Shown here: in pieces, positions 19,065 through 27,558 of the stretch
Numbering within the stretch: position 1 is the first letter of the stretch
Layout: each line of letters opens with the position of its first letter
Source: an uncultured Pseudomonadota bacterium
Lineage (GTDB): Bacteria > Pseudomonadota > Gammaproteobacteria > Steroidobacterales > Steroidobacteraceae
Direction of reading: 5' to 3'
Length of the DNA stretch: 64,000 bases
NCBI GenBank assembly: GCA_963794975.1
Contig: CAWCGL010000009.1
Location: 174,023-238,022 of the forward strand
Notes under the pieces: generated by a model
The model's input: only the letters and a program-made list of their open reading frames with translations
What the model was told of the DNA's origin: nothing
Database searches by the model: none
Position numbers and translations under genes: made by a program

Positions 19065-19094
19065 TTCAGAACATTTTCAGACACGCTTCAAGAC
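19065..19094 (+). promoter_or_regulatory. 30-bp motif TTCAGAACATTTTCAGACACGCTTCAAGAC (copy 2)
   Basis: It lies about 105 bp upstream of the DUF4242 gene. The downstream leader also shares GCACTC..GG and AACCAACCA(A/G)G with the leader of the urcA-like gene. Confidence 0.4.
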
Positions 19095-19198
19095 GCCCGG
19101 GCACGCACTCGGGAACACTGCGTTCCCGTACTGGTCGCACCGCTACACAGTGCCGGGGGCGCAGCGGGGCGAGCCAGCAAACCAACCAGGAGCCAGTC

Positions 19199-19471
19199 AT
19201 GCCGAAGTTTCTCATCGAACGGGACATCCCCGGGATCGGAAAGATGACGCCCGCCGAACTCAAGAGCGCGTCGAAGAAATCCGTCGGCGTGCTCAGTAGC
19301 CTCGGGCCAAGCATCAGCTGGCTGCACAGCTACGTCACCGCCGACAAGCTGTACTGCCTGTACCACGCCGCCGACGAATCCCTGCTGCGCCGCCACGCGG
19401 AACTGGGCGGCTTTCCGGCCAACAAGATCTCCCAGGTCACCGGCACCATCGACGCCACGACCGCGGAGTAG
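19199..19471 (+). CDS. DUF4242 domain protein (cytoplasmic form)
   Basis: 90 aa. MPKFLIERDIPGIGKMTPAELKSASKKSVGVLSSLGPSISWLHSYVTADKLYCLYHAADESLLRRHAELGGFPANKI. An AGGAG Shine-Dalgarno lies 6 nt upstream. The long 223-aa ORF in the track is an upstream shadow extension. Confidence 0.75.
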   Translation: MPKFLIERDIPGIGKMTPAELKSASKKSVGVLSSLGPSISWLHSYVTADKLYCLYHAADESLLRRHAELGGFPANKISQVTGTIDATTAE

Positions 19472-19520
19472 GACGCACGCCGAACCTTTCCCATCCTCAG
19501 CACCAATCGGAGTCACTAAA

Positions 19521-19880
19521 ATGAGATCAATCGCCCCGATCCTTTCATTGCTACTCGTCGCTCCCGTGTTCGCCACCGATGCCCCCTCGACCGCGACCCC
19601 GGCCACCGCGACGGCCACAGGCGAGCACCGCTACGTCATCGAGCGCACCTTCCCCAAGGGCGCGCTCGAGGGACTGGACGCCGCCGGCAAGGAGAAGATC
19701 AACCAGAACAACGCCAAGTACGGCGCGCGCTGGCTGATGTCCTTTGCCAACGCCGACAAGACCAAGACCTACTGTGTCTACGAGGCGCCGAACGAGGCGG
19801 CGGTGCGCCAGGCCGCCGTGGCCAACAAGATCCCGGTGGACAGCATCACCGAGGTCCCGGTGACGCTGCTGCCGAAGTAA
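19521..19880 (+). CDS. DUF4242 domain protein with signal peptide (secreted paralog)
   Basis: 119 aa. The signal peptide MRSIAPILSLLLVAPVFA is followed by YVIERTFPKGALEGL...KTYCVYEAPNEAAVRQAAVANKIPVDSITEV, which parallels the preceding gene. Confidence 0.7.
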   Translation: MRSIAPILSLLLVAPVFATDAPSTATPATATATGEHRYVIERTFPKGALEGLDAAGKEKINQNNAKYGARWLMSFANADKTKTYCVYEAPNEAAVRQAAVANKIPVDSITEVPVTLLPK

Positions 19881-19887
19881 GGTGGTG

Positions 19888-19923
19888 CGCGGGGGCGTGC
19901 GACGCCGGCGGCGCGCCCCCGCG
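19888..19923. terminator. GC-rich hairpin between convergent genes (possible bidirectional terminator)
   Basis: CGCGGGGGCG ... CGCCCCCGCG forms a 10-bp stem between the 19880 stop (+) and the 19928 stop (-). There is no clear U-tract. Confidence 0.35.
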
Positions 19924-19927
19924 GCTG

Positions 19928-21247
19928 TCACTTGTCGAGCGGAGTGTTGCCGCCTGAAAACTCGGCATGCGCCTGCGCGAGGCGGTAGCGCTGCTCGTCG
20001 CGCCAGCTGCGCCACCGCGTCAGCGCCAGCAGTCCGTACAGGGCCTTGAACAGGCCGATGCGCCGCAGCACCTTGGGCGTATCGAACAGGTCCCCGGCCA
20101 GCATGGAAATCACGCCCTGCTCCAGCTGCAGCGTATTGCGGGGACTGGCGAACAGCCCGCTCATCACCGGATTGTTGAAGCGGTAGATGAAGAACGAGAA
20201 GCGCTTCATGCCCGCGCGCTGCCGCCGCTCGAGCCGGCGCAGCAAGCCCGCCTCCGCCGCCGGCTCGCGCAACGCCCTGTCAACGACCGCCACCGCCTGC
20301 TCCGCGCCGGTCATCGCCAGGTACACGCCCGAGGAGAACACCGGGTCGAGGAAGGCGAAGGCGTCCCCCACCAGGACCCATCCCGGACCGCCCATCTGGC
20401 GCGAATCGTAGGAGTAGTTGCCGGTCACCCGCACCTCATTGCCGATGAGCTCGGCCGCCGCCAGGCGCTGCCACAGAGCGGGGTTGCGGCGCAGCGTCTC
20501 CAGCAGGAACTCCACCGTGCGCCCCTTGCGCTGCTTGAAGTAGTCCGGCCGCGCGACCGCCCCGACGCTCATCACGCCCGCGGGCAGCGGGATCATCCAC
20601 ATCCAGCCGTGCTCGAAGCGGTAGATGCTGATGTTGCCGGCATCGGCGCCGGCGCGATCGATCGCACCGCGGAAGTGACCGAAGATCGCCGCGCTCTGGT
20701 GCTCGGTGTTGCGGCGGCGCAGTTTGCGCTTGGCCGAGATAAAGGTATCGCGGCCGCTGGCGTCCACCACGTAGCGCGCCTGCAGGTGGTAACTGGCGCC
20801 AGCGTCGGTGCGCACCTCGAGCAGTGACTGGCGCGGGCCGCGCTGCTCGAGGCTCACGACCTCGTGCCCCTCGCGCGCATCGGCGCCGCAGCCACGCGCA
20901 TGCTCGAAGAGCATGCGGTCGAAGTCCTGGCGCCACACCTGGTAGGCGTGCGGCGGGCTGCCGCCGAGCGCGCGCGCGAACGCGAAGGTGTTGTAGCCCT
21001 GCGCGTTGTCGGCCTCGAAATCCGCGCCGGGCTTGTAGACACCCAGCGCCCGCACCTTCTCCAGGACGCCGAGCCGCTCGAACAGCGGCAGGTTCATCGG
21101 CAGCAGCGACTCGCCGATGTGGAAGCGCGGGTGGCGCGCCTTCTCCAGCGCGATGACCTGGTAGCCCTGGCGCGCGAGCAGCGCGGCCGCCGTGCTGCCC
21201 GCCGGGCCGCCGCCGATAACCGCGATGTCGCACAGCTGCGTCTGCAT
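19928..21247 (-). CDS. FAD-dependent oxidoreductase, flavin-dependent halogenase-like
   Basis: 439 aa. It has an N-terminal dinucleotide fold (DIAVIGGGPAGSTAA), FPR-type HPRFHIGESLLP, a WxWxIP motif (GWMWMIPL) and FLDPVFSSGV. Confidence 0.8.
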   Translation of the reverse strand: MQTQLCDIAVIGGGPAGSTAAALLARQGYQVIALEKARHPRFHIGESLLPMNLPLFERLGVLEKVRALGVYKPGADFEADNAQGYNTFAFARALGGSPPHAYQVWRQDFDRMLFEHARGCGADAREGHEVVSLEQRGPRQSLLEVRTDAGASYHLQARYVVDASGRDTFISAKRKLRRRNTEHQSAAIFGHFRGAIDRAGADAGNISIYRFEHGWMWMIPLPAGVMSVGAVARPDYFKQRKGRTVEFLLETLRRNPALWQRLAAAELIGNEVRVTGNYSYDSRQMGGPGWVLVGDAFAFLDPVFSSGVYLAMTGAEQAVAVVDRALREPAAEAGLLRRLERRQRAGMKRFSFFIYRFNNPVMSGLFASPRNTLQLEQGVISMLAGDLFDTPKVLRRIGLFKALYGLLALTRWRSWRDEQRYRLAQAHAEFSGGNTPLDK

Positions 21248-21312
21248 TGCGCCCGCCCGGGTGCTGCCGGCCTAAGCAGGAGCGGTGCGTGGTCCGCGGG
21301 GCTCGTCCATCG

Positions 21313-21762
21313 TCAGTGCGACTCGCCCGCGGCATCCGGCGGGACGTAGATCGCCAGGCCCTTCGCGTTCTTGTTGTACAGCCCGCCGCTGCCGCCCACG
21401 CTGCCCCCCGATGCGGAACTGGGGCCGTAGCTGCCGCCGCCGACGCCGAGCCCGATGGAACCGGTCTGGTGCTTTTCAACTCCCTGCAGCAGGATTCCGT
21501 TCGCGCCAACCTTGGCCGCCTCGGCCTTGAGCTTCGCGATCGCCTCGTCGGTCTTGCCCTGATCGGAAAAGGACATGGAGCCGCTGGAGGCATCGAGCGT
21601 CGCGATCTGCTCGTACTTCGGCGGCGGCTCGAAATAGATCTTCACCTGGTCGGGCGAAATCGCCGGCCGGGCCGTGCCCACCAGCACGTGCGAGGAGGAG
21701 GTGCAGGCCGCCAGCAGAGCGGCAGCGGCTCCTGCCAGGGTGAGCTTAAGCATGCGAGACAT
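21313..21762 (-). CDS. hypothetical lipoprotein with Gly/Ser-rich segment
   Basis: Starts MSRMLKLTLAGAAAALLAAC (lipobox). A GGAGA Shine-Dalgarno lies upstream. The middle region (DEAIAKLKAEAAKVGANGILL) resembles YdgH/BhsA-like small periplasmic domains. The family is uncertain. Confidence 0.6.
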   Translation of the reverse strand: MSRMLKLTLAGAAAALLAACTSSSHVLVGTARPAISPDQVKIYFEPPPKYEQIATLDASSGSMSFSDQGKTDEAIAKLKAEAAKVGANGILLQGVEKHQTGSIGLGVGGGSYGPSSASGGSVGGSGGLYNKNAKGLAIYVPPDAAGESH

Positions 21763-21916
21763 GGGGCGTTTCTCCTGGATCCCGTTCAGACACCACACCG
21801 AGGGTATGCGGGTCTGCCGCACCAATCAAACCATGTTGACCAGCTCCCGCGACGCCGCGCGCTGTGCGCGGCGCCGGGAGGATTGGCAGGGCGCAAGGGC
21901 CCTCACACGCGAGCGC

Positions 21917-22267
21917 CTACTGCTTCAGCTCAACGATGATGGTCTCCACCGCGTCGAGCGCTTCGTCGGCATGCGTGACCGGCGGCTTCAGCAGCACCTG
22001 GCCGGTCTTCAGGTCGCTGATCGTGGTCGTGCCGTCAGGCAGCGTGTACTTCACGCGCCCGCCCTTGACGACGTAGACCACGTAGTTCGGGTGGGAATGC
22101 ATCGGCGTCTTGTCACCGGCGTTGGGCGCGTAGCGCACCACGCGCACCCTGGCATCCTCGGCCATCACGCTCTGGTGCTTGAGCCCGAAGCTCGTCGCAT
22201 CCTGCGCGAACACCAGCGGACAGCCTACGGTAAGGACGGCCATCGTCACGAGCAGCGAGCGTTTCAT
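21917..22267 (-). CDS. secreted cupin-domain protein
   Basis: It has the signal peptide MKRSLLVTMAVLTVGCPLVFAQ. A cupin beta-barrel is suggested by GDKTPMHSHPNYVVYVVKGG..YTLPDG. Confidence 0.75.
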   Translation of the reverse strand: MKRSLLVTMAVLTVGCPLVFAQDATSFGLKHQSVMAEDARVRVVRYAPNAGDKTPMHSHPNYVVYVVKGGRVKYTLPDGTTTISDLKTGQVLLKPPVTHADEALDAVETIIVELKQ

Positions 22268-22342
22268 GCGGAGTCTCCCCTGTGGCAACCCGTGCCGATT
22301 CTGGCACGAGTACGCAGCCCGGGCAGCCCCGGGCCGCCGTGG

Positions 22343-24511
22343 CTAGCCCGGCTGGAAGCCCTTGGTCCCGGTCTGCCACAGCAGGAAGGCGTAGGTGTCG
22401 GCCGCCTCGCGATCCTGCTGTGCGCGCGTGGAGCCGATGCCGTGGCCGGCGTCGAAGTCCACGCGCAGCAGGATCGGCTTGTGTGAACGGGTGGCCGCCT
22501 GCAGCCGGGCGGCCATCTTGCCCACGTGGAACGGCGCGACCCGCGGGTCGGTGACCCCGGTGGTCAGCAGCACCGCCGGGTAGGCGATCCCGTCCTTGAC
22601 CGAGTGGTAGCTGTCGATCGCGCGCAGCGCCTTGTAGCCGGACTCCTCGGTGATGACGCCCCACTCGGGCTCCTCGCCGTAGCCGTCCTGCTCGACCACG
22701 TAGCGCAGCGGGTTGGACCAGCCTACCCCGTCGATGACGGCGGCGAACAGCTCCGGCCGCTCGGTCATTGCGCGCCCGACCGTGATGCCACCGGCCGAGC
22801 GCCCGCCGATGGCCAGGCGCGCCGGCGTGGTGTACTTGCGGGCGCACAGGTCCTCGCACACGTCGATCAGGTCGCGCCAGGTGTTGGGCTTGTTCGCCAG
22901 CTGGCCGGCCTTGTGCCAGTCGCGCCCGTATTCCCCGCCGCCGCGCACGTAGGCGTAGCCGACCACGAAGCCCGCGTCCACCAGCGCGAGCGTCCTGCCG
23001 GCAAAAGCCGGCGTGTACGCCGGCAGCCCGTAGGAGCCATAGGCGCATACGTAGGCCGGCGCCGAGGCGTCGAGTTTCAGGTCCTTGCGATGGATGAGCA
23101 CGTACGGCACCCGCGTGCCGTCGCGCACCGTGGCGAACAGGTGCGTGCTCTGGTAGGGGCTGACATCGATCGCCGGCCGCGGCGTAAGCCCGGTCTGGGT
23201 CAGGCGGCCGCTGGCATCGACGGACCAGATATCAGGCGGCGTCAGCCAGCCGGTGAGCCCGAACATCGCCCCGTCGCTGCCCGCTGAGACCTCCACTGCG
23301 CTGAGCGTGCCCTCGAAGGGCAGCGTGATCTCGCTGACGTGACCGTCGCGTGTCAGGCGGCGCAGCCGCGAGATGCCGCCATCGAGCATGCGCAGGTACA
23401 GCCCGTCGCGCGCCAGGTGCAGGTCCTCGATGACCCACTCGCCCTGCGGCACGACCTCCACGGCGCCCGCGAGCGCCGGAGAAGCCGCGCTCACCTTGAG
23501 CACGCGGCCCCGGGGCCGGCCGTGGTTGGCCAACAGGTAGAGCGTGTCGCCGTCGAGCTCGCTCGAGGTCACCTCGTCCTCGAAACCGGCGACCGGTACC
23601 CAGCGGGCCTTGCTTGCAAGAACCTCGGCCAGGGGCGCGATCAGCACGCGCGCCTCGCTGCGCACGTCGGTGAGCTCCAGCAGCACGTGGCGCGAGCCCT
23701 CGAAGGCGCGGATGTGCGGCATCTGGATGCGCTCGTAGCTGACCCGGGGGTCCAGGCCGCGCTTCATCAGGATCGGGTCCGCGGCCGGGTCGGTGCCCAG
23801 GCGATGGAAACGCGCCTGGCTGTCGAGGTAGCGCTCCGGGGTGGCGACGGCGGCGGTCAGCTGGTTGTAGAAGAAGCCGCTGCTGTCCTCGAGCCAGCTC
23901 GGCTGCGCGCCTTCCGCGTTGCTGATGCGCTCGGGCAGCTCGGCGCCGTCGGCCACGTTGAGCACGTGCAGCACCGAGTCCTCGCTGCCATCGCGGGAGA
24001 CGCCGTAGACCACGCGCTTGCCGTCGGGGGAGGCCAGCCACCAGTCCAGCGACTGGTGGGTGGCAGCGCCGCTGTTGGCGGTCGGGTCGATGAGCACGCG
24101 GTGGATGCCGCCTTCCTGCACGAACAGCTTGAAGTTGTCGGCCCCGGCCGGGCGCTGCTCGAAGAACAGGCGGCCGCCGGCGCGCTGCACCGCGCGGGTG
24201 ACCGCGGTGTCACCGGAGAGTTGCTGGATGCGCGACAGGAGCCCCGCCCGCCCGGGCACCTGGTCGAGCACGGCGCGCGTGTGCGCATTCTGGCCCTTGA
24301 GGAACGGCAACCAGTCCGGGTCCTGGGGATTCTCCATCCAGCGGTACGGATCGCTCAGGGTCTCCCCGAAGTAGGTGTCCTTGACCACCGCGACGCGCGC
24401 CACGGGCGCTGCCGGGACCGGTGCTGCCGCGAGCACGGCCTTAGGCACCAGCAGGCTCGCGCACACCCCGCCCGCGCCCACGAACAGATCCCGACGATTG
24501 ATGCCGCCCAT
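22343..24511 (-). CDS. prolyl oligopeptidase-family serine peptidase (S9), Tat/Sec-exported
   Basis: 722 aa. It has a twin-arginine-like leader (INRRDLFVGAG), an N-terminal beta-propeller region, and a C-terminal catalytic domain with GGRSAGG (nucleophile Ser) and ..DFDAGHG. Confidence 0.9.
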   Translation of the reverse strand: MGGINRRDLFVGAGGVCASLLVPKAVLAAAPVPAAPVARVAVVKDTYFGETLSDPYRWMENPQDPDWLPFLKGQNAHTRAVLDQVPGRAGLLSRIQQLSGDTAVTRAVQRAGGRLFFEQRPAGADNFKLFVQEGGIHRVLIDPTANSGAATHQSLDWWLASPDGKRVVYGVSRDGSEDSVLHVLNVADGAELPERISNAEGAQPSWLEDSSGFFYNQLTAAVATPERYLDSQARFHRLGTDPAADPILMKRGLDPRVSYERIQMPHIRAFEGSRHVLLELTDVRSEARVLIAPLAEVLASKARWVPVAGFEDEVTSSELDGDTLYLLANHGRPRGRVLKVSAASPALAGAVEVVPQGEWVIEDLHLARDGLYLRMLDGGISRLRRLTRDGHVSEITLPFEGTLSAVEVSAGSDGAMFGLTGWLTPPDIWSVDASGRLTQTGLTPRPAIDVSPYQSTHLFATVRDGTRVPYVLIHRKDLKLDASAPAYVCAYGSYGLPAYTPAFAGRTLALVDAGFVVGYAYVRGGGEYGRDWHKAGQLANKPNTWRDLIDVCEDLCARKYTTPARLAIGGRSAGGITVGRAMTERPELFAAVIDGVGWSNPLRYVVEQDGYGEEPEWGVITEESGYKALRAIDSYHSVKDGIAYPAVLLTTGVTDPRVAPFHVGKMAARLQAATRSHKPILLRVDFDAGHGIGSTRAQQDREAADTYAFLLWQTGTKGFQPG

Positions 24512-24607
24512 CGCTCTCGCCCCTCAGGTTTGCCGCCGACTGGCGCAGGATTATGGGCCAGCGCCCGCGGCGCTGCACGGCGCGCGCCGGGCACAGCGCA
24601 CGGCGAG

Positions 24608-25300
24608 TCAGTGCTCGCCCGGCAGCCAGCGCACGTCCTGCTGCATCTCCTGCGCGAGCGGCGCGACATCGGTGCGGGTGCGCTCGAGCACCGCGATGCC
24701 GCCGCCACCCTGTGCCGGCACGACGATCCCGCTCATGCCGCCCTCGTGGAAGGTGCGCCGCGCGGTCACGCTCTCGTGACGCAGCAGCAGCACCGTGGCC
24801 GGGCCCTGCGAGGTCTGCAGCACCAGGTGCGGTACGTAGTGGCCGTGGAAGAAGCAGCTCTGCGCGTACACGATTTTGTCGGAGGACAGGTCGAGAGCGA
24901 CGCCGGCCCCGTTCAGCGCGGCGGCCAGCTCCGCCGCATCGACGTGGCGCTCGCTCAGCCAGCTCTCCGGCTCGCCCTTGACGTGGTTCACGAGGTCGCG
25001 AGCCAGGGTGTCACTCGGGCGCAGCACCCACGTGCCCAGCACCACCGCGCTCGCCACCAGGATGCTCGCCGCCAGGGCCCACTGCCGCCACAGCGGCTTC
25101 GCCCGCGGCCGCGGCACCAGCGTGGTGACCGGGGCGCTGAGCGGGGGCTCCTGCAGCACGCGCTGGATGCGTCCCTCGAGGCTGAGCATCTCGGTGCGGA
25201 ACGTAGCGCAGGCATGGCATTCGCTGAGGTGCTCCTGCAGCTCCGCCGGTGCGGACGCCGGGTCAGCGCCGATCAGCAGGCGTGCGTGCTCGCAGTTCAC
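24608..25300 (-). CDS. anti-sigma factor (zinc-binding HxxxCxxC, DUF3379-like), single TM
   Basis: MNCEHARLLIGADP..LQEHLSECHAC carries the ZAS motif. A TM segment follows (WALAASILVASAVVLGTWVL). A 4-nt overlap links it to the upstream ECF sigma gene. Confidence 0.75.
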   Translation of the reverse strand: MNCEHARLLIGADPASAPAELQEHLSECHACATFRTEMLSLEGRIQRVLQEPPLSAPVTTLVPRPRAKPLWRQWALAASILVASAVVLGTWVLRPSDTLARDLVNHVKGEPESWLSERHVDAAELAAALNGAGVALDLSSDKIVYAQSCFFHGHYVPHLVLQTSQGPATVLLLRHESVTARRTFHEGGMSGIVVPAQGGGGIAVLERTRTDVAPLAQEMQQDVRWLPGEH

Positions 25301-25908
25301 GCCGCCCCCCCTGCGTCTGCCACGTCCGGCGCGGCGCTCATGCCGCAGATCACCCGCAGCTTGTTGCGCGCCCGGAACAGCCGCGTGAGCACGGCCGTGG
25401 AGGACAGCGCCAGTTCCTGCGCGATCTCCTCGGTCGTGAAGCCGCCGATCACCTGCAGGACCAGCGGCTCTCGGTATTCGATGGGTAACTTCATGATCGC
25501 GTGACGCAGGGCAAACAACTCACTATCCGGTTCCGCGGCCCCCGGGCTGGCCTGGATCTCGGCAACTTCCTCCAGCGGCACCATTTCCAGGCGCTTGCGC
25601 TCGTACAGGCGGGCGTGCTCGCGGCGCACGATCGTCAGCAACCAGGGACGGGCGGCGCTGGGATCCTTCAGCGCCTCGCGCGAACGCCATGCCCGCAGCA
25701 GCGATTCCTGCACCACGTCCTCCGCGATAGCCCGGTCACGCGACAGCCACTGGGCGAACCGCAGCAGGTCCGGGCGCATGGATTCGAACAGCCTGACGAT
25801 AGGCTCACCCGGCGCCGCTCCAGGCAGCCGGTCGCTGATAGATAAGACCGGGGATTCGGGCGGAGAATTGCGCATAGCTTGTAGCTGCAGCGGATTATAC
25901 GCATCCAT
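25297..25908 (-). CDS. ECF-type RNA polymerase sigma factor
   Basis: It has region 2 (LLRFAQWLSRDRAIAEDVVQESLLRAWR) and region 4 (PIEYREPLVLQVIGGFTTEEIAQELALSSTAVLTRLFRARNKLR). Confidence 0.88.
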   Translation of the reverse strand: MDAYNPLQLQAMRNSPPESPVLSISDRLPGAAPGEPIVRLFESMRPDLLRFAQWLSRDRAIAEDVVQESLLRAWRSREALKDPSAARPWLLTIVRREHARLYERKRLEMVPLEEVAEIQASPGAAEPDSELFALRHAIMKLPIEYREPLVLQVIGGFTTEEIAQELALSSTAVLTRLFRARNKLRVICGMSAAPDVADAGGAA

Positions 25909-25986
25909 GATCGCCGTCCCGGCAATATCGCGTCAGACTGACCGGTCTTCTCGCCCAACTGTGACATCACCGCGACAGGAGTAACC

Positions 25987-26469
25987 GTGAGTGCGCTAAT
26001 CCAATGGCTGATCGAATGGCCCCGCCGCGTTGCCGGGCATATCGCCTGGCTCGCCCCCCTGTTTGCCCGCATCACCGTCGGCTGGGTGTTCCTGTGGAGC
26101 GGCTGGGGCAAGCTGCAGAACCTGCCCCTCGTGACCGAGAACTTCATCGGCTGGGGCATCCCGGCGCCGCACCTGCTCGCGCCCTTCGTCTCCGGGGTGG
26201 AGTTCTTCGGCGGCCTGTTCCTGCTGCTGGGCCTGCTGACGCGCATCTCCGCCGCGGCCCTCGCGGTCACCATGATCGTGGCCATCAAGTCGGCCAAGTG
26301 GGCCGACGTCGACTCGCTCGAGACGCTGCTCGGCTTCGACGAGTTCGAGTACCTGGCGCTGTTCCTGTGGCTCGCCATTGCCGGCGCCGGTGCGGTGTCG
26401 GTCGATCACTTCCTCGAGCGCTGGTACCAGCGCACCCGGCCGGCGGCGCCGGGAACGGCTCTGCACTGA
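25987..26469 (+). CDS. DoxX-family membrane protein
   Basis: 160 aa with four TM segments. RITVGWVFLWSGWGKL and FVSGVEFFGGLFLLLGLLTR are DoxX signatures. The gene is divergent from the ECF sigma gene. Confidence 0.85.
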   Translation: MSALIQWLIEWPRRVAGHIAWLAPLFARITVGWVFLWSGWGKLQNLPLVTENFIGWGIPAPHLLAPFVSGVEFFGGLFLLLGLLTRISAAALAVTMIVAIKSAKWADVDSLETLLGFDEFEYLALFLWLAIAGAGAVSVDHFLERWYQRTRPAAPGTALH

Positions 26470-26561
26470 AGGCCAGGCGGACGCAACAAATGCGCGGTGC
26501 TGCCGGTCTCCTGCAGTACCGGGCCTTACCCCGGCAATACCCAACAACGAGGAATGCACCC

Positions 26562-26813
26562 ATGCGATTGAAAAACTCAGGTCTCGCGGCCGCCACGGCC
26601 GCCGCCATGCTGTTCAGCACGGCCATGGTCGGCACTGCCGTCGCCGGCACCGGCACGAACGTGCAGTGCGCGGGCGTCAACTCCTGCAAGGGGCAGTCGG
26701 CGTGCAAGAGCGCCAACAACGCCTGCAAGGGCCAGAACTCCTGCAAGGGCAAGGGCTTCCTGGAGATGAGCAAGGCGGACTGCGACGCTGCCAAGGCGAA
26801 GGCGGCGAAGTAA
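26562..26813 (+). CDS. bufferin-type RiPP precursor paralog (Sec signal peptide + 6-Cys core), orphan copy
   Basis: 83 aa. The signal peptide MRLKNSGLAAATAAAMLFSTAMVGTAVA is followed by the core GTGTNVQCAGVNSCKGQSACKSANNACKGQNSCKGKGFLEMSKADCDAAKAKAAK. A GAGGAA Shine-Dalgarno is present. The product is near-identical to that of the gene at 50072..50320. Confidence 0.85.
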   Translation: MRLKNSGLAAATAAAMLFSTAMVGTAVAGTGTNVQCAGVNSCKGQSACKSANNACKGQNSCKGKGFLEMSKADCDAAKAKAAK

Positions 26814-26824
26814 CGCGGCGCGCA

Positions 26825-26857
26825 CCGGTGCAGCGTCCAGGACGGACGCTGCACCGG
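26825..26857. terminator. perfect 14-bp hairpin after the orphan precursor gene (between convergent genes)
   Basis: CCGGTGCAGCGTCC-aggac-GGACGCTGCACCGG begins 12 nt after the stop. There is no strong U-tract. Confidence 0.5.
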
Positions 26858-26866
26858 GGGCGCAGC

Positions 26867-27487
26867 TCAGCCCGCGGGCATCCCGTCGAAGAAGTCCACC
26901 AGCCCGGTCTCCAGCGAGTACTCGGCACCGACCACCAGCAGTCCCTGCTTGCGGATCAGTTCCTCGAGCACCTCCGAGCCGTGGCGCAGGTGGTCGGCGG
27001 ACATGCGGATGTTGGCGCGCACCGCCTGGTGTTCCAGCGTGCCGGGGTCGGTGGACGGCGCATCGAGCAGGCCGACCACCGCCGGCCGGATGCGGTCCAC
27101 GATCGAGCTCAGGTTGCGCGACTGCTCCTGCCAAGGGCGCGCCAGCTGCTGCAGGGTCGCATGGATCGCGCCGCAGCTGGAGTGACCGAGCACCACCACC
27201 AGGCGAGTGCCGAAGGCCTCGGCGGCGAACTCCACGCTGCCCACCTGCGAGGGGGCGACGATGTTGCCCGCCACGCGGATCACGAACAGATCTCCCAGCC
27301 CCTGGTCGAACACGATCTCCGCCGGCACCCGGGCGTCCGAGCAGCCGAGGATGATCGCGAACGGGGCCTGCTCGAGCGCCAGCGCGCGGCGCCGCTCGGT
27401 GGTGTCGCCGCCATCACGCGGCCGGTCGGCCGCGAAGCGCTGGTTGCCTTCCTGCAGTGCCTTGAGAGCCTCGCGGGCCGGGATCAT
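26867..27487 (-). CDS. beta-class carbonic anhydrase
   Basis: 206 aa from MIPAREALKALQEGNQRF. The zinc ligand context is ILGCSDARVP and VLGHSSCGAI. The 338-aa ORF in the track is a shadow N-terminal extension. Confidence 0.9.
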   Translation of the reverse strand: MIPAREALKALQEGNQRFAADRPRDGGDTTERRRALALEQAPFAIILGCSDARVPAEIVFDQGLGDLFVIRVAGNIVAPSQVGSVEFAAEAFGTRLVVVLGHSSCGAIHATLQQLARPWQEQSRNLSSIVDRIRPAVVGLLDAPSTDPGTLEHQAVRANIRMSADHLRHGSEVLEELIRKQGLLVVGAEYSLETGLVDFFDGMPAG

Positions 27488-27558
27488 GGGTTCGCTTTTT
27501 CGCTGTGCATGCTCGTGCTCAATATACCTGATACCGCCGGCGGCCTCGGCGCCCGGCT

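Noticed and set aside
25909-26561. A shared CCCGGCAATA(T/C)C decamer upstream of doxX (about 25917) and upstream of the orphan precursor (about 26530), considered as a possible ECF -35 element.
   Set aside because: The second copy is too close to the precursor's Shine-Dalgarno and ATG to be a promoter. No common -10 follows either copy. A 10-mer match in GC-rich DNA is weak evidence.
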